IMG/VR virus record: IMGVR_UViG_2541047948_000009
DNA: 45,296 nt
DNA from: a virus
Taxonomy: Duplodnaviria > Heunggongvirae > Uroviricota > Caudoviricetes
Strand: one strand, 5' to 3'
Below are positions 29,168 to 40,250 of this stretch, in pieces. The notes below the pieces were generated by a model. The model was given only the letters and a program-made list of their open reading frames with translations. It did not search any database and was not told the DNA's origin. Made by a program: the position numbers and the translations under genes. Each line of letters begins with the position of its first letter. The first letter of the stretch is position 1.

Positions 29168-29911
29168 ATGACCACACCAAATCCACTGGCAAAGACGAAA
29201 GGTGCGGGGACGACGTTCTGGATGTATACCGGCAACGGCGATGCGTTTGCGAACCCTTTGTCGGACACTGACTGGCTGCGTCTTGCGATGGTGAAGGATC
29301 TGCAACCTGGCGAAATGACCGCTGATGCAGAAGATGACACTTATCTCGATGATGAAGATGCAGACTGGAAAACGACAACCCAGGGGCAGAAATCCGTTGG
29401 TGATACTTCGGCGACGCTGGCCTGGCGTCCGGGTGACAGCGGGCAGAAAAAACTGGTTCAGTTGTTCGACTCCGGTGAAGTCTGCGCGTTTCGTATCAAA
29501 TATCCCAACGGCACTGTTGATGTTTTCCGTGGCTGGCTGAGCTCACTGGGTAAAACCATTGCCTCAAAAGACGTGATGACCCGCACTGTGAAAATCAGCG
29601 GTGTGGGGCGTCCGTATCTGGCAGAGGAAGGCACTGAAACCGTGAGCGTTACCGGGCTGACAGTATCACCGGCGTCTGCCAGTGTAAAAGTGGGAGCAAC
29701 CACCACGCTGACCTTTACAGTAAAACCTGACGGAGCCAGTGACAAAGCGATCAGTGTGCATTCGTCAGATCCACAGACTGCCACGGTTACCCTGAACGGA
29801 CTTGTGGCCACGGTAAAAGGCGTGAAGCAGGGCAGTGTCAGCATTGTGGGCATGACCGCTGACGGGAATTTTGTGGCTGTGACTGCGGTGACTGTCAGCG
29901 CAGCAGGTTAA
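29168..29911 (+). CDS. V: Major tail protein V with C-terminal Ig-like (Big_2) domain
   Basis: Start at ATG 29168 (AAGGAGG RBS); C-terminal Ig-like repeat region. Confidence 0.85.
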   Translation: MTTPNPLAKTKGAGTTFWMYTGNGDAFANPLSDTDWLRLAMVKDLQPGEMTADAEDDTYLDDEDADWKTTTQGQKSVGDTSATLAWRPGDSGQKKLVQLFDSGEVCAFRIKYPNGTVDVFRGWLSSLGKTIASKDVMTRTVKISGVGRPYLAEEGTETVSVTGLTVSPASASVKVGATTTLTFTVKPDGASDKAISVHSSDPQTATVTLNGLVATVKGVKQGSVSIVGMTADGNFVAVTAVTVSAAG

Positions 29912-29968
29912 CAGGACGATACTCATCATTTGCCCCGGTTATTCGGGGCTTTTTTGCAGGTGGAGAAC

Positions 29969-30358
29969 ATGATGTTTCTGAAACAGGACACGTTTAATTA
30001 TGAAAAACAGTCCGTGGTGCTCAGTGAGCTGTCCGGGCTGCAGAGAATTGAATATCTGACGTTTGTTCAGCAGCGAACGGCAAAGTTTGATGCCGGGGAG
30101 GGAGAACTGCCGGAGGCTGAACGACAGATTGCTTTTCTGCGGATGGGGATGGATATCAATGCCTGGCTGGTTTCCCGCTCACTGTGGAATGCGGATCAGT
30201 CTAAGGATGTAGAGACGCTTTGCGCATCCGTTATTACAACATGGTCGTATGATGCCCTGGGTGCGGGGGCGGAGATGGTTCTGTCGCTGAGCGGTATGGG
30301 GGCCATTGATAATGCCGTGGATGATGAGCATGAGGCGCTGACGCCGGAAAAGTCCTGA
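29969..30358 (+). CDS. G: Tail assembly chaperone G
   Basis: MMFLKQDTFNYEKQSVVLSELSGLQRIEYL parallels the lambda G N-terminus; GGAGAAC RBS. Confidence 0.8.
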   Translation: MMFLKQDTFNYEKQSVVLSELSGLQRIEYLTFVQQRTAKFDAGEGELPEAERQIAFLRMGMDINAWLVSRSLWNADQSKDVETLCASVITTWSYDALGAGAEMVLSLSGMGAIDNAVDDEHEALTPEKS

Positions 30359-30696
30359 CGCGGGAAATGCAGTTTGTCATGCGGCTTGCCCGGGAGTTCC
30401 GGCGGGCAGACTGGCGGCGGATGCTGTCGGAAATGTCGGCCACTGAGCTTGGTGAGTGGGGCGATTATTTCCGGATGCAGAGCTTCAGTGATGTGTGGAT
30501 GGATGCGCAGTTTGCCTCGCTGAAGGCATTGATCGTGAGAATGGTGTCCGGCAGCAGTGATGCTGCGGTGGCTGATTTCAGCCTTTTACCGGAAGAGAAC
30601 GGGATACCGGAGCGAACGGACGAAGAACTGATGCATCTTGGGGAAGGTATTTCCGGAGGTGTGCGTTATGGACCAGATAGCCAACCTGGTCATTGA
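29969..30696 (+). CDS. G-T fusion tail assembly chaperone made by programmed -1 frameshift near the end of G
   Basis: The -1 frame is open from 30334 and continues through ORF 30367..30696 (T-like, DWRRMLSEMSATELGEWGDYFRM); candidate slip site GGAAAAG at 30346-30352. Confidence 0.55.
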
Positions 30697-33600
30697 TTTG
30701 GGGATTGATGCGGCAGAGTTTAAAAATGAAATTCCCCGTATCAAAAACCTTCTGAATGGTGCAGCCAGCGATGCAGAACGGTCTTCTGCCCGTATGCAGC
30801 GTTTTATGGAGCGTCAGACTCAGGCCGCCCGGCAGACAACGCAGGCAGCTTCTTCGGCTGCAACAGCCGCATCCGTCCATGCGCAGACGGTGGAGAAGAA
30901 CGCACAGGCTCATGAACGCATGGCCCGCGAGGTGGAGAAAACCCGCCAGCGCATGGAGGCACTGAGCCAGAAAATGCGCGAGGAACAGGCGCAGGCCATG
31001 GCTCTGGCGGAGGCTCAGGATAAAGCGGCTGCTGCGTTTTATCGTCAGATTGACAGTGTGAAACAGGCCAGTGCGGGGCTGCAGGAATTACAGCGTATTC
31101 AGCAGCAGATCCGACAGGCCAGAAACAGTGGCGGGATTGGTCAGCAGGATTATCTGGCGCTGATTTCTGAGGTTACTGCGAAAACCCGTGTTCTTACACA
31201 GGCTGAGGAAGAGGCTACCCGACAGAAAGTGGCGTTTATCCGTCAGCTTAAAGAGCAGGCAACCCGCCTGAATCTTTCATCTTCTGAGTTGCTTCGTGCT
31301 AAGGCAGCCCAGCTGGGGGTAAGCAGTGCTGCAGAAGTGTATATCCGCAAAATGGAGCAGGCAGGAAAAGCCACGCATTCGCTGGGTCTGAAAAGTGCAG
31401 CAGCCCGCCAGGAGATAGGCGTTCTGATAGGTGAACTGGCCCGCGGCAATTTAGGGGCGCTGAGGGGATCCGGGATAACGCTGGCTAACCGTGCCGGATG
31501 GATAGACACACTGATGTCACCGAAAGGCATGATGCTTGGCGGGGTTATTGGCGGTATTGCCGCGGCCGTCTATGGTCTGGGTAAAGCCTGGTATGACGGT
31601 CAGAAGGAGGGGGAAGAATTTAACCGCCAGTTGTCGCTGACGGGGCATTATGCCGGAGTCACTGCCGGGCAGCTGTGGACGCTCAGTCGTGCTATTTCCG
31701 GGAATGGTATCACGCAACATGCTGCAGCCGGTGCGCTGGCTCAGGTGGTGGGGAGTGGTGCATTTCGTGGAAACGATATCGGTATGGTGGCGAGAGTTGC
31801 CGCACAGATGGAGCGATCGGTTGGCCAGTCGGTCAGCGATACCATAAATCAGTTTAAGCGGCTGAAGGATGATCCTGTAAATGCCGCGAAGGCTCTGGAC
31901 AATGAGCTGCATTTTCTTACTGCCACTCAGCTTGAGCAGATACGCGTCCTTGGGGAGCAGGGGCGGTCCAGTGATGCTGCACGGATAGCCATGTCTGCAC
32001 TGGCAGAGGAAACCGGTCGGCGTACTGCGGATATTGATAATAACCTCAATGCGCTTGGCAGTACGCTGAAGTATCTGTCTGATTTGTGGAGTCGTTTCTG
32101 GGATGCGGCCATGAATATTGGTCGTGAAGACTCGCTGGATGAACAGATTGCCGCTTTACAGGAGAAAGTGTCGCGGGCGAAAAGACTCCCCTGGACGGCA
32201 TCATCTTCTCAGGTTGAATACGATCAGCAGCGTCTTAATGATCTTCAGGAGAAAAAACGCCAGAAGGATTTGCAGGATGCAAAAGAGCAGGCAGAGCGGA
32301 ATTATCAGGAGCAACAGAAACGCCGTAATGCTGAAAATGCTGCACTGAACCGGATGAATGAAACGGAAGCAGCACGACATCAGCGTGAAATTGCGCGTAT
32401 TAATGCCATGCAGTACGCCGATCAGGCTGTCAGGGATGCGGCGATACAACGTGAAAATGAACGTTACGAGAAAGCCCTGGCATCCGGTAAGAAAAAAACA
32501 CGCGAAACCCGTAATGATGAGGCCACCCGGTTATTGCTGCAGTACAGTCAGCAACAGGCACAGGTGGAAGGACAGATTGCTGCTGCCAGACAGTCAGCAG
32601 GCATTGCCACGGAAAGGATGACAGAAGCGCATAAACAGCTTCTGGCTCTGCAGCAGCGCATCAGCGACCTGGACGGGAAAAAACTGACGGCAGATGAAAA
32701 GAGTGTGCTGGCCCGTAAAGATGAACTGATTCAGGCACTGACGCTGCTGGATGTAAAACAGCAGGAGCTTCAGAAACAGACGGCACTCAACGAGCTGAAG
32801 AAAAAAACAATTCAGCTGACCAGTCAACTGGCTGAAGAAGAGCGCGCTCAGCGTCAGCAACATGACCTGGATATCGCCACGGTGGGTATGGGTGATCAGC
32901 AGCGACAGCGATATCAGGTACAACTGAGTCTTCGCCAGAAATACCAGCAACAGCTGGAGCAGTTGAGGCGGGATAGTGAGCAGAAAGGGACATATAACAC
33001 GGATGACTACAGAAAGGCCGAGCAGGCGCTGACGGAGAGCCTGAACCGACAACTGAATGAGAATCGCCGTTACTGGCAACAGCTTGAAGTTGTGCAGGGT
33101 AACTGGAAAAACGGAGTCCTGCGTGCATTTCAGGATTTTACCGTGGATGCAGATAATACGGCAGAAACAGCAGAACAGGTGTTCTCGTCAGCCTTCAGCA
33201 ACATGGGAAATGGCCTGGCAACTTTTGTCACTACCGGCAAACTCAATTTCAAATCCTTCACCTCTTCTGTGCTGTCAGATATGGCGAAAATCCTGGCGCA
33301 GGCAACCATGATGAAATCGATAAAAGGGATTGGCAGTGTACTGGGATTTGATCTCAGCAGCCTTTCCCTGAATGCCAATGGGGGGATTTATCAGTCTGCT
33401 GATTTGAGTCGTTACAGTGGCACGGTGGTTAACCGTCCGACGTTTTTTGCTTTTGCAAAAGGCGCGGGTGTGATGGGGGAAGCGGGACCTGAAGCCATTC
33501 TGCCATTGCGTCGTGGTGCTGACGGTAAGCTGGGGGTTGTGGCGGATATTGGGGGGTCAGGTATGGCGATGTTTTCCCCGCAGTACAACATCGAGATCAA

Positions 33601-33733
33601 TAACGATGGCACGAACGGGCAGATAGGTCCGGCTGCCCTGAAGGCGGTTTATGACCTCGGGAAAAAAGCGGCAGCGGACTTTATGCAACAGCAGGCCCGT
33701 GATGGTGGTCGGTTAAGTGGAGCATATCGGTAA
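30668..33733 (+). CDS. H: Tail tape measure protein (gpH-like)
   Basis: Start at ATG 30668 (GGAGG RBS), 1021 aa; long coiled-coil central region, Gly-rich C-terminal part; position after G/T. Confidence 0.9.
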   Translation: MDQIANLVIDLGIDAAEFKNEIPRIKNLLNGAASDAERSSARMQRFMERQTQAARQTTQAASSAATAASVHAQTVEKNAQAHERMAREVEKTRQRMEALSQKMREEQAQAMALAEAQDKAAAAFYRQIDSVKQASAGLQELQRIQQQIRQARNSGGIGQQDYLALISEVTAKTRVLTQAEEEATRQKVAFIRQLKEQATRLNLSSSELLRAKAAQLGVSSAAEVYIRKMEQAGKATHSLGLKSAAARQEIGVLIGELARGNLGALRGSGITLANRAGWIDTLMSPKGMMLGGVIGGIAAAVYGLGKAWYDGQKEGEEFNRQLSLTGHYAGVTAGQLWTLSRAISGNGITQHAAAGALAQVVGSGAFRGNDIGMVARVAAQMERSVGQSVSDTINQFKRLKDDPVNAAKALDNELHFLTATQLEQIRVLGEQGRSSDAARIAMSALAEETGRRTADIDNNLNALGSTLKYLSDLWSRFWDAAMNIGREDSLDEQIAALQEKVSRAKRLPWTASSSQVEYDQQRLNDLQEKKRQKDLQDAKEQAERNYQEQQKRRNAENAALNRMNETEAARHQREIARINAMQYADQAVRDAAIQRENERYEKALASGKKKTRETRNDEATRLLLQYSQQQAQVEGQIAAARQSAGIATERMTEAHKQLLALQQRISDLDGKKLTADEKSVLARKDELIQALTLLDVKQQELQKQTALNELKKKTIQLTSQLAEEERAQRQQHDLDIATVGMGDQQRQRYQVQLSLRQKYQQQLEQLRRDSEQKGTYNTDDYRKAEQALTESLNRQLNENRRYWQQLEVVQGNWKNGVLRAFQDFTVDADNTAETAEQVFSSAFSNMGNGLATFVTTGKLNFKSFTSSVLSDMAKILAQATMMKSIKGIGSVLGFDLSSLSLNANGGIYQSADLSRYSGTVVNRPTFFAFAKGAGVMGEAGPEAILPLRRGADGKLGVVADIGGSGMAMFSPQYNIEINNDGTNGQIGPAALKAVYDLGKKAAADFMQQQARDGGRLSGAYR

Positions 33734-34062
33734 TGGAGACGTTTCACTGGAAAGTGCGCCCGGATATGAATGTGGTATCAGAGCCGAAAGTGGTGACAGT
33801 GAAGCTGGGCGATGGTTATGAACAGCGTCGTGCGGCGGGACTGAATAACCAGTTGTCGACTTACAGCGTGACGATACGTGTTCGTAAATGTGACCACCCA
33901 TCTTTAAAAGCCTTTCTGGAACGGCACGGTGGCGTCCGTGCATTTCAGTGGACGCCACCTTATGACTGGAAACCGATCAGGGTGGTTTGTCGTAAATGGT
34001 CGGCAAGCGTGGGGGCGCTGTGGGTAACCATAACGGCAGATTTTGAACAGGTCGTGGCATAG
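33733..34062 (+). CDS. M: Minor tail protein M
   Basis: 109 aa; METFHWKVRPDMNV...FQWTPPYDWK...FEQVVA closely matches recalled lambda M. Confidence 0.9.
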   Translation: METFHWKVRPDMNVVSEPKVVTVKLGDGYEQRRAAGLNNQLSTYSVTIRVRKCDHPSLKAFLERHGGVRAFQWTPPYDWKPIRVVCRKWSASVGALWVTITADFEQVVA

Positions 34063-34071
34063 GAGGCTCTG

Positions 34072-34770
34072 ATGCAGGATATTCCACAGGAAACACATCA
34101 TGAGACGACACGCCTCACTCAGTCAGCCCAGGTGGTGCTCTGGGAAATCGATCTGACAGAGGTCGGTGGTGAACGTTATTTTTTCTGTAATGAGCAGAAC
34201 GAAAAAGGTGAGCCGGTTATCTGGCAGGGGCGGCAGTATCAGGTATACCCCATTCAGGGGACGGGATTTGAACTGAACGGCAAGGGCAGTGCTGCCCGTC
34301 CGACACTGACGGTTTCTAACCTGTACGGTATGGTCACCGGGATGGCGGAAGATCTGCAGAGTCTGGTCGGCGGAACGGTGGTCCGGCGTAAGGTTTACGC
34401 CCGTTTTCTGGATGCGGTGAACTTCGTCAACGGAAACAGTGACGCCGATCCGGAGCAGGAGGTGATCAGCCGCTGGCGCATTGAGCAGTGCAGCGAACTG
34501 AGCGCGGTGAGTGCCTCTTTTGTACTGTCCACGCCGACGGAAACGGACGGCGCTGTTTTTCCGGGACGTATCATGCTGGCCAACACCTGCACCTGGACCT
34601 ATCGCGGTGATGAGTGCGGTTATCACGGTCCGGCAGTCGCGGATGAATATGACCAGCCGACGTCCGATATCACGAAGGATAAATGCAGCAAATGCCTGAG
34701 CGGCTGTAAGTTTCGCAATAACGTCGGCAACTTTGGCGGCTTCCTTTCCATTAACAAACTTTCGCAGTAA
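34072..34770 (+). CDS. L: Minor tail protein L
   Basis: 232 aa, same length as lambda L; C-terminal Cys cluster. Confidence 0.9.
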   Translation: MQDIPQETHHETTRLTQSAQVVLWEIDLTEVGGERYFFCNEQNEKGEPVIWQGRQYQVYPIQGTGFELNGKGSAARPTLTVSNLYGMVTGMAEDLQSLVGGTVVRRKVYARFLDAVNFVNGNSDADPEQEVISRWRIEQCSELSAVSASFVLSTPTETDGAVFPGRIMLANTCTWTYRGDECGYHGPAVADEYDQPTSDITKDKCSKCLSGCKFRNNVGNFGGFLSINKLSQ

Positions 34771-34774
34771 TCCC

Positions 34775-35518
34775 ATGACAGAGACAGAATCAGCGATTCT
34801 GGCGCACGCCCGGCGATGTGCGCCAGCGGAGTCGTGCGGCTTCGTGGTGAGAGCGCCGGAGGGGGAAAGATATTTTCCCTGCGTGAATATTTCCGGTGAG
34901 CCGGAGGATTATTTCCGGATGGCTCCGGAGGACTGGCTGCAGGCAGAGATGCAGGGTGAGATTGTGGCACTGGTCCACAGTCATCCCGGTGGTCTGCCCT
35001 GGCTGAGTGAGGCTGACCGGCGGCTGCAGGTGCAGAGTGATTTGCCGTGGTGGCTGGTCTGCCGGGGGGCGATTCACAAGTTCCGCTGTGTGCCGCATCT
35101 CACCGGGCGGCGCTTTGAGCACGGGGTGACGGACTGTTACACGCTGTTCCGGGATGCTTATCATCTGGCGGGGATTGAGATGCCGGATTTTCATCGCGGG
35201 GATGACTGGTGGCGTAACGGTCAGAATCTCTATCTGGATAATCTGGAGGCCACAGGGCTGTATCAGGTGGCGTTGTCATCAGCACAACCGGGCGATGTGC
35301 TGCTGTGCTGTTTTGGTTCATCGGTGCCGAATCATGCCGCCATTTACTGCGGCGACGGTGAGCTGCTGCACCATATTCCTGAACAACTGAGTAAACGAGA
35401 GAGGTATACCGACAAATGGCAGCGACGCACACACTCCCTCTGGCGTCACCGGGCATGGCACGCATCTGCCTTTACGGGGATTTACAACGATTTGGCCGCC
35501 GCATCGACCTTCGAGTGA
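34775..35518 (+). CDS. K: Tail assembly protein K (MPN/JAMM plus NlpC/P60 domains)
   Basis: Start at ATG 34775; JAMM motif LVHSHPGG; NlpC/P60-like C-terminal part. Confidence 0.85.
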   Translation: MTETESAILAHARRCAPAESCGFVVRAPEGERYFPCVNISGEPEDYFRMAPEDWLQAEMQGEIVALVHSHPGGLPWLSEADRRLQVQSDLPWWLVCRGAIHKFRCVPHLTGRRFEHGVTDCYTLFRDAYHLAGIEMPDFHRGDDWWRNGQNLYLDNLEATGLYQVALSSAQPGDVLLCCFGSSVPNHAAIYCGDGELLHHIPEQLSKRERYTDKWQRRTHSLWRHRAWHASAFTGIYNDLAAASTFE

Positions 35519-36063
35519 AAACGGGGTCTGAAGCCATCCGGGCGCTGGCCATGCAGATCCCGGCGTTTCGTCAGAAACTGAGCGACGGCTGGTACCAGGT
35601 ACGCATTGCCGGGCGTGATGCAGGTGAAACCGAATTGTCTGCCCGTCTTAATGAGCCGCTGGCAAATGGTGCCGTGATCCACATCGTGCCGCGTCTGGCG
35701 GGAGCTAAAAGTGGCGGTGTGTTTCAGGTGGTGCTGGGGGCGGCGCTGATTGCGGTGGCATGGTGGAACCCTGTGGGCTGGCTGGGTGCCGCGGCTGTAT
35801 CGGGCATGTATGCGGCAGGGGCCAGTATGATCCTGGGCGGAGTGGCGCAGATGCTGGCACCGAAAGCCAGGACGCCCACGGCAGCAAGTACAGATAACGG
35901 CAAACAGAACACCTATTTCTCCTCACTGGATAACATGGTTGCCCAGGGCAATGTTCTGCCCGTTCTGTACGGTGAAATGCGCGTGGGGTCGCGGGTGGTC
36001 TCTCAGGAGATCAGCACGGCAGACGAAGGGGATGGTGGTCAGGTTGTAGTGATTGGTCGCTGA
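35416..36063 (+). CDS. I: Tail assembly protein I
   Basis: MAATHTLPLASPGMARICLYGDLQRFGRRIDLRVKTG... very close to recalled lambda I; overlaps the K 3' end as in lambda. Confidence 0.85.
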   Translation: MAATHTLPLASPGMARICLYGDLQRFGRRIDLRVKTGSEAIRALAMQIPAFRQKLSDGWYQVRIAGRDAGETELSARLNEPLANGAVIHIVPRLAGAKSGGVFQVVLGAALIAVAWWNPVGWLGAAAVSGMYAAGASMILGGVAQMLAPKARTPTAASTDNGKQNTYFSSLDNMVAQGNVLPVLYGEMRVGSRVVSQEISTADEGDGGQVVVIGR

Positions 36064-36082
36064 TGAAAAACGTTTTATGTGA

Positions 36083-36103
36083 AACCGCCTCCGGGCGGTT
36101 TTG
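36083..36103 (+). terminator. Terminator-like hairpin between I and J (possibly attenuating or stabilising)
   Basis: AACCGCC-tccg-GGCGGTT followed by TTGT; sits just upstream of the J start. Confidence 0.3.
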
Positions 36104-36123
36104 TCGTTTATGGAGCGTTAGGA

Positions 36124-39100
36124 ATGGGTAAAGGCAGCAGTAAGGGGCATACTCCGCGCGAAGCGAAGGACAACCTGAAGTCCACGCAGTTGCTGAGTGT
36201 GATCGATGCCATCAGCGAAGGGCCGATTGAAGGTCCGGTGGATGGATTAAAAAGCGTGCTGCTGAACAGTACGCCAGTGCTGGACACTGAGGGGAATACC
36301 AACATCTCCGGCGTCACGGTGGTGTTCCGGGCAGGTGAGCAGGAGCAGACACCGCCGGAGGGATTTGAATCCTCCGGCTCCGAGACGGTGCTGGGTACGG
36401 AAGTGAAATATGACACGCCGATCACCCGCACCATCACGTCGGCAAACATCGACCGTCTGCGCTTTACCTTCGGTGTGCAGGCACTGGTGGAAACCACCTC
36501 AAAGGGGGACAGGAATCCATCGGAAGTCCGCCTGCTGGTTCAGATACAGCGTAACGGTGGCTGGGTGACGGAAAAAGACATCACCATTAAGGGCAAAACC
36601 ACCTCGCAGTATCTGGCCTCGGTGGTGGTGGATAACCTGCCGCCGCGCCCGTTTAATATCCGGATGCGCAGGATGACGCCGGACAGCACCACAGACCAGC
36701 TGCAGAACAAAACGCTCTGGTCGTCATACACCGAAATCATCGATGTGAAACAGTGCTACCCGAACACGGCACTGGTTGGCGTGCAGGTGGACTCGGAGCA
36801 GTTCGGCAGCCAGCAGGTGAGCCGTAATTATCATCTTCGCGGGCGCATTCTGCAGGTGCCGTCGAACTATAACCCGCAGACGCGGCAATACAGCGGTATC
36901 TGGGACGGAACGTTAAAACCGGCATACAGCAACAACATGGCCTGGTGTCTGTGGGATATGCTGACCCATCCGCGCTACGGCATGGGGAAACGTCTTGGTG
37001 CGGCGGATGTGGATAAATGGGCGCTGTATGTCATCGGCCAGAATTGCGACCAGTCGGTGCCGGACGGCTTTGGCGGCACGGAGCCGCGCATCACCTGTAA
37101 CGCTTACCTGACCACACAGCGCAAGGCGTGGGATGTGCTCAGTGATTTCTGCTCGGCGATGCGCTGTATGCCGGTATGGAACGGGCAGACGCTGACGTTC
37201 GTGCAGGACCGACAGTCGGATAAGGTGTGGACCTATAACCGCAGTAATGTGGTGATGCCGGATGATGGCGCGCCGTTCCGCTACAGCTTCAGCGCCCTGA
37301 AGGACCGCCATAATGCCGTTGAGGTGAACTGGATTGACCCGAACAACGGCTGGGAGACGGCGACAGAGCTTGTTGAAGATACGCAGGCCATTGCCCGTTA
37401 CGGTCGTAATGTCACGAAGATGGATGCCTTTGGTTGTACCAGTCGGGGGCAGGCACACCGAGCCGGGCTGTGGCTGATTAAAACGGAACTGCTGGAAACG
37501 CAGACCGTGGATTTCAGCGTGGGCGCAGAAGGGCTTCGCCATGTGCCGGGCGATGTTATTGAAATCTGCGATGATGACTATGCCGGTATCAGCATCGGTG
37601 GTCGCGTGCTGGCGGTGAACAGCCAGACCCGGACGCTGACGCTCGACCGTGAAATCACGCTGCCATCCTCCGGCACCACGCTGATAAGCCTGGTTGACGG
37701 TGAGGGTAATCCGGTCAGCGTGGAGGTCCAGTCCGTCACCGACGGCGTGAAGGTGAAAGTGAGCCGTGTTCCTGACGGCGTTGCTGAATACAGCGTGTGG
37801 GGGCTGAAGTTGCCGACGTTGCGCCAGCGCCTGTTCCGCTGCGTGAGTATCCGTGAGAACGACGACGGCACGTATGCCATCACTGCCGTGCAGCATGTAC
37901 CGGAAAAAGAGGCCATCGTGGATAACGGGGCGCACTTTGACGGCGACCAGAGCGGCACGGTGAATGGTGTCACGCCGCCAGCGGTGCAGCACCTGACTGC
38001 CGAAGTCACCGCAGACAGCGGGGAATATCAGGTGCTGGCCCGCTGGGACACGCCGAAAGTGGTGAAGGGCGTGAGCTTCCTGCTTCGCCTGACCGTGGCA
38101 GCGGATGACGGCAGTGAGCGGCTGGTCAGCACGGCCCGGACGACGGAAACCACATACCGCTTCACGCAACTGGCGCTGGGGCGTTACATGCTGACGGTCC
38201 GGGCGGTAAATGCGTGGGGGCTGCAGGGCGATCCGGCATCGGTATCGTTCCGGATTGCCGCACCGGCAGCGCCGTCTCGGATTGAGCTGACACCGGGCTA
38301 TTTTCAGATAACCGCCACGCCACATCTTGCGGTTTATGACCCGACGGTACAGTTTGAGTTCTGGTTCTCGGAAAAACGGATTGCGGATATCAGGCAGGTT
38401 GAAACCACAGCCCGCTATCTTGGCACGGCGCTGTACTGGATAGCTGCCAGTATCAATATCAGGCCGGGCCATGATTATTATTTTTACGTTCGCAGTGTGA
38501 ACACCGTTGGCAAATCGGCATTCGTGGAGGCTGTTGGTCGGGCGAGCGATGATGCGGAAGGTTACCTGGATTTTTTCAAAGGCCAGATAACCGAATCCCA
38601 TCTTGGCAAGGAGCTGCTGGAAAAAGTCGAGCTGACGGAGGATAACGCCAGCAAACTGGAGGAGTTTTCGAAAGAGTGGAAGGACGCCAGTGATAAGTGG
38701 AATGCCATGTGGGGCGTCAAAATTGAGCAGACCAAAGACGGCAAACATTATGTCGCGGGTATTGGCCTCAGCATGGAGGACACGGAGGAAGGCAAACTGA
38801 GCCAGTTCCTGGTTGCCGCTAACCGTATCGCGTTTATTGATCCGTCTAATGGCAACACAAGACCAATGTTTGTTGGTCAGGGCGATCAGATATTCATGAA
38901 CGACGTGTTCCTGAAACGCCTGACGGCTCCGACCATTACCAGCGGCGGTAATCCTCCGGCATTTTCCCTGACACCGGATGGGCGGCTGACGGCGAAAAAT
39001 GCCGATATCAGCGGTAACGTGAATGCGAACTCCGGGACGCTCAACAACGTCACGATTAACGAGAACTGTCGGGTTCTGGGAAAACTGTCCGCGAACCAGA

Positions 39101-39519
39101 TTGAAGGCGATCTCGTTAAAACAGTGGGCAAAGCTTTCCCCCGGGACTCCCGTGCACCGGAACGGTGGCCATCAGGGACCATTACCGTCAGGGTTTATGA
39201 CGATCAGCCGTTTGACCGGCAGATTGTTATTCCTGCGGTGGCATTCAGCGGCGCTAAACATGAGAGAGAGCATACTGATATTTACTCCTCATGCCGTCTG
39301 ATAGTGCGGAAAAACGGTGCTGAAATTTATAACCGTACCGCGCTGGATAATACGCTGATTTACAGTGGCGTTATTGATATGCCTGCCGGTCACGGTCACA
39401 TGACGCTGGAGTTTTCGGTGTCAGCATGGCTGGTAAATGACTGGTATCCCACAGCAAGTATCAGCGATTTGCTGGTTGTGGTGATGAAGAAAGCCACCGC
39501 AGGCATCAGTATCAGCTGA
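36124..39519 (+). CDS. J: Central tail fibre / host specificity protein J
   Basis: Start at ATG 36124; N-terminus [37 protein letters not shown] matches recalled lambda J; about 1131 aa. Confidence 0.9.
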   Translation: MGKGSSKGHTPREAKDNLKSTQLLSVIDAISEGPIEGPVDGLKSVLLNSTPVLDTEGNTNISGVTVVFRAGEQEQTPPEGFESSGSETVLGTEVKYDTPITRTITSANIDRLRFTFGVQALVETTSKGDRNPSEVRLLVQIQRNGGWVTEKDITIKGKTTSQYLASVVVDNLPPRPFNIRMRRMTPDSTTDQLQNKTLWSSYTEIIDVKQCYPNTALVGVQVDSEQFGSQQVSRNYHLRGRILQVPSNYNPQTRQYSGIWDGTLKPAYSNNMAWCLWDMLTHPRYGMGKRLGAADVDKWALYVIGQNCDQSVPDGFGGTEPRITCNAYLTTQRKAWDVLSDFCSAMRCMPVWNGQTLTFVQDRQSDKVWTYNRSNVVMPDDGAPFRYSFSALKDRHNAVEVNWIDPNNGWETATELVEDTQAIARYGRNVTKMDAFGCTSRGQAHRAGLWLIKTELLETQTVDFSVGAEGLRHVPGDVIEICDDDYAGISIGGRVLAVNSQTRTLTLDREITLPSSGTTLISLVDGEGNPVSVEVQSVTDGVKVKVSRVPDGVAEYSVWGLKLPTLRQRLFRCVSIRENDDGTYAITAVQHVPEKEAIVDNGAHFDGDQSGTVNGVTPPAVQHLTAEVTADSGEYQVLARWDTPKVVKGVSFLLRLTVAADDGSERLVSTARTTETTYRFTQLALGRYMLTVRAVNAWGLQGDPASVSFRIAAPAAPSRIELTPGYFQITATPHLAVYDPTVQFEFWFSEKRIADIRQVETTARYLGTALYWIAASINIRPGHDYYFYVRSVNTVGKSAFVEAVGRASDDAEGYLDFFKGQITESHLGKELLEKVELTEDNASKLEEFSKEWKDASDKWNAMWGVKIEQTKDGKHYVAGIGLSMEDTEEGKLSQFLVAANRIAFIDPSNGNTRPMFVGQGDQIFMNDVFLKRLTAPTITSGGNPPAFSLTPDGRLTAKNADISGNVNANSGTLNNVTINENCRVLGKLSANQIEGDLVKTVGKAFPRDSRAPERWPSGTITVRVYDDQPFDRQIVIPAVAFSGAKHEREHTDIYSSCRLIVRKNGAEIYNRTALDNTLIYSGVIDMPAGHGHMTLEFSVSAWLVNDWYPTASISDLLVVVMKKATAGISIS

Positions 39520-39527
39520 ATTTTATA

Positions 39528-39553
39528 ACCCATATACGGGCGCCAGAAATGGC
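39528..39553 (+). terminator. Intrinsic terminator after J
   Basis: GGGCGCC-agaaat-GGCGCC followed by TTTTTT. Confidence 0.6.
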
Positions 39554-39586
39554 GCCTTTTTTATTGCAGAAAAGCGAGAGGTAATT

Positions 39587-40186
39587 ATGCGTAAAGTTTG
39601 TGCAGCCATTTTGTCCGCAGCCATTTGTCTGGCCGTATCCGGTGCGCCTGCATGGGCGTCTGAACATCAGTCCACGCTGAGCGCGGGGTATCTTCATGCC
39701 TCGACGAACGTCCCCGGCAGTGATGATCTGAACGGGATTAACGTGAAATACCGTTATGAGTTTACGGACACACTGGGGCTGGTGACGTCATTCAGCTATG
39801 CAGGAGACAAGAATCGCCAGCTGACCCGTTACAGCGATACCCGCTGGCATGAAGATTCCGTTCGTAACCGCTGGTTCAGCGTAATGGCGGGGCCGTCTGT
39901 GCGCGTGAATGAATGGTTCAGCGCGTATGCGATGGCGGGTGTAGCTTACAGCCGTGTGTCGACTTTCTCCGGGGATTATCTTCGCGTAACTGACAACAAG
40001 GGGAAAAAGCACGATGTGCTGACCGGAAGTGATGACGGTCGCCACAGCAACACGTCTCTGGCGTGGGGGGCTGGCGTTCAGTTTAACCCGACCGAATCCG
40101 TGGCCATTGATATTGCTTATGAAGGCTCCGGCAGTGGCGACTGGCGCACTGACGGTTTCATCGTGGGTGTCGGTTATAAGTTCTGA
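39587..40186 (+). CDS. lom: Lom outer-membrane beta-barrel protein (Ail/Lom/PagC family), lysogenic-conversion moron
   Basis: 199 aa; signal peptide; Ail/Lom-type beta-strand pattern ending GFIVGVGYKF; own GAGAGG RBS and flanking terminators; position right after J as in lambda. Confidence 0.9.
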   Translation: MRKVCAAILSAAICLAVSGAPAWASEHQSTLSAGYLHASTNVPGSDDLNGINVKYRYEFTDTLGLVTSFSYAGDKNRQLTRYSDTRWHEDSVRNRWFSVMAGPSVRVNEWFSAYAMAGVAYSRVSTFSGDYLRVTDNKGKKHDVLTGSDDGRHSNTSLAWGAGVQFNPTESVAIDIAYEGSGSGDWRTDGFIVGVGYKF

Positions 40187-40212
40187 TTAGCCAGGTAACA
40201 CAGTGTTATGAC

Positions 40213-40240
40213 AGCCCGCCGGTTCAGGCGGGCTTTTTTG
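40213..40240 (+). terminator. Intrinsic terminator after lom
   Basis: AGCCCGCC-ggttca-GGCGGGCT followed by TTTTTTG. Confidence 0.6.
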
Positions 40241-40250
40241 TGGAGTGGAT

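Noticed and set aside
36913-38748. 611-aa ORF on the minus strand
   Set aside because: Lies entirely antisense within the highly conserved J gene; Arg/Pro/His-rich composition typical of a GC-rich antisense frame; no RBS context.
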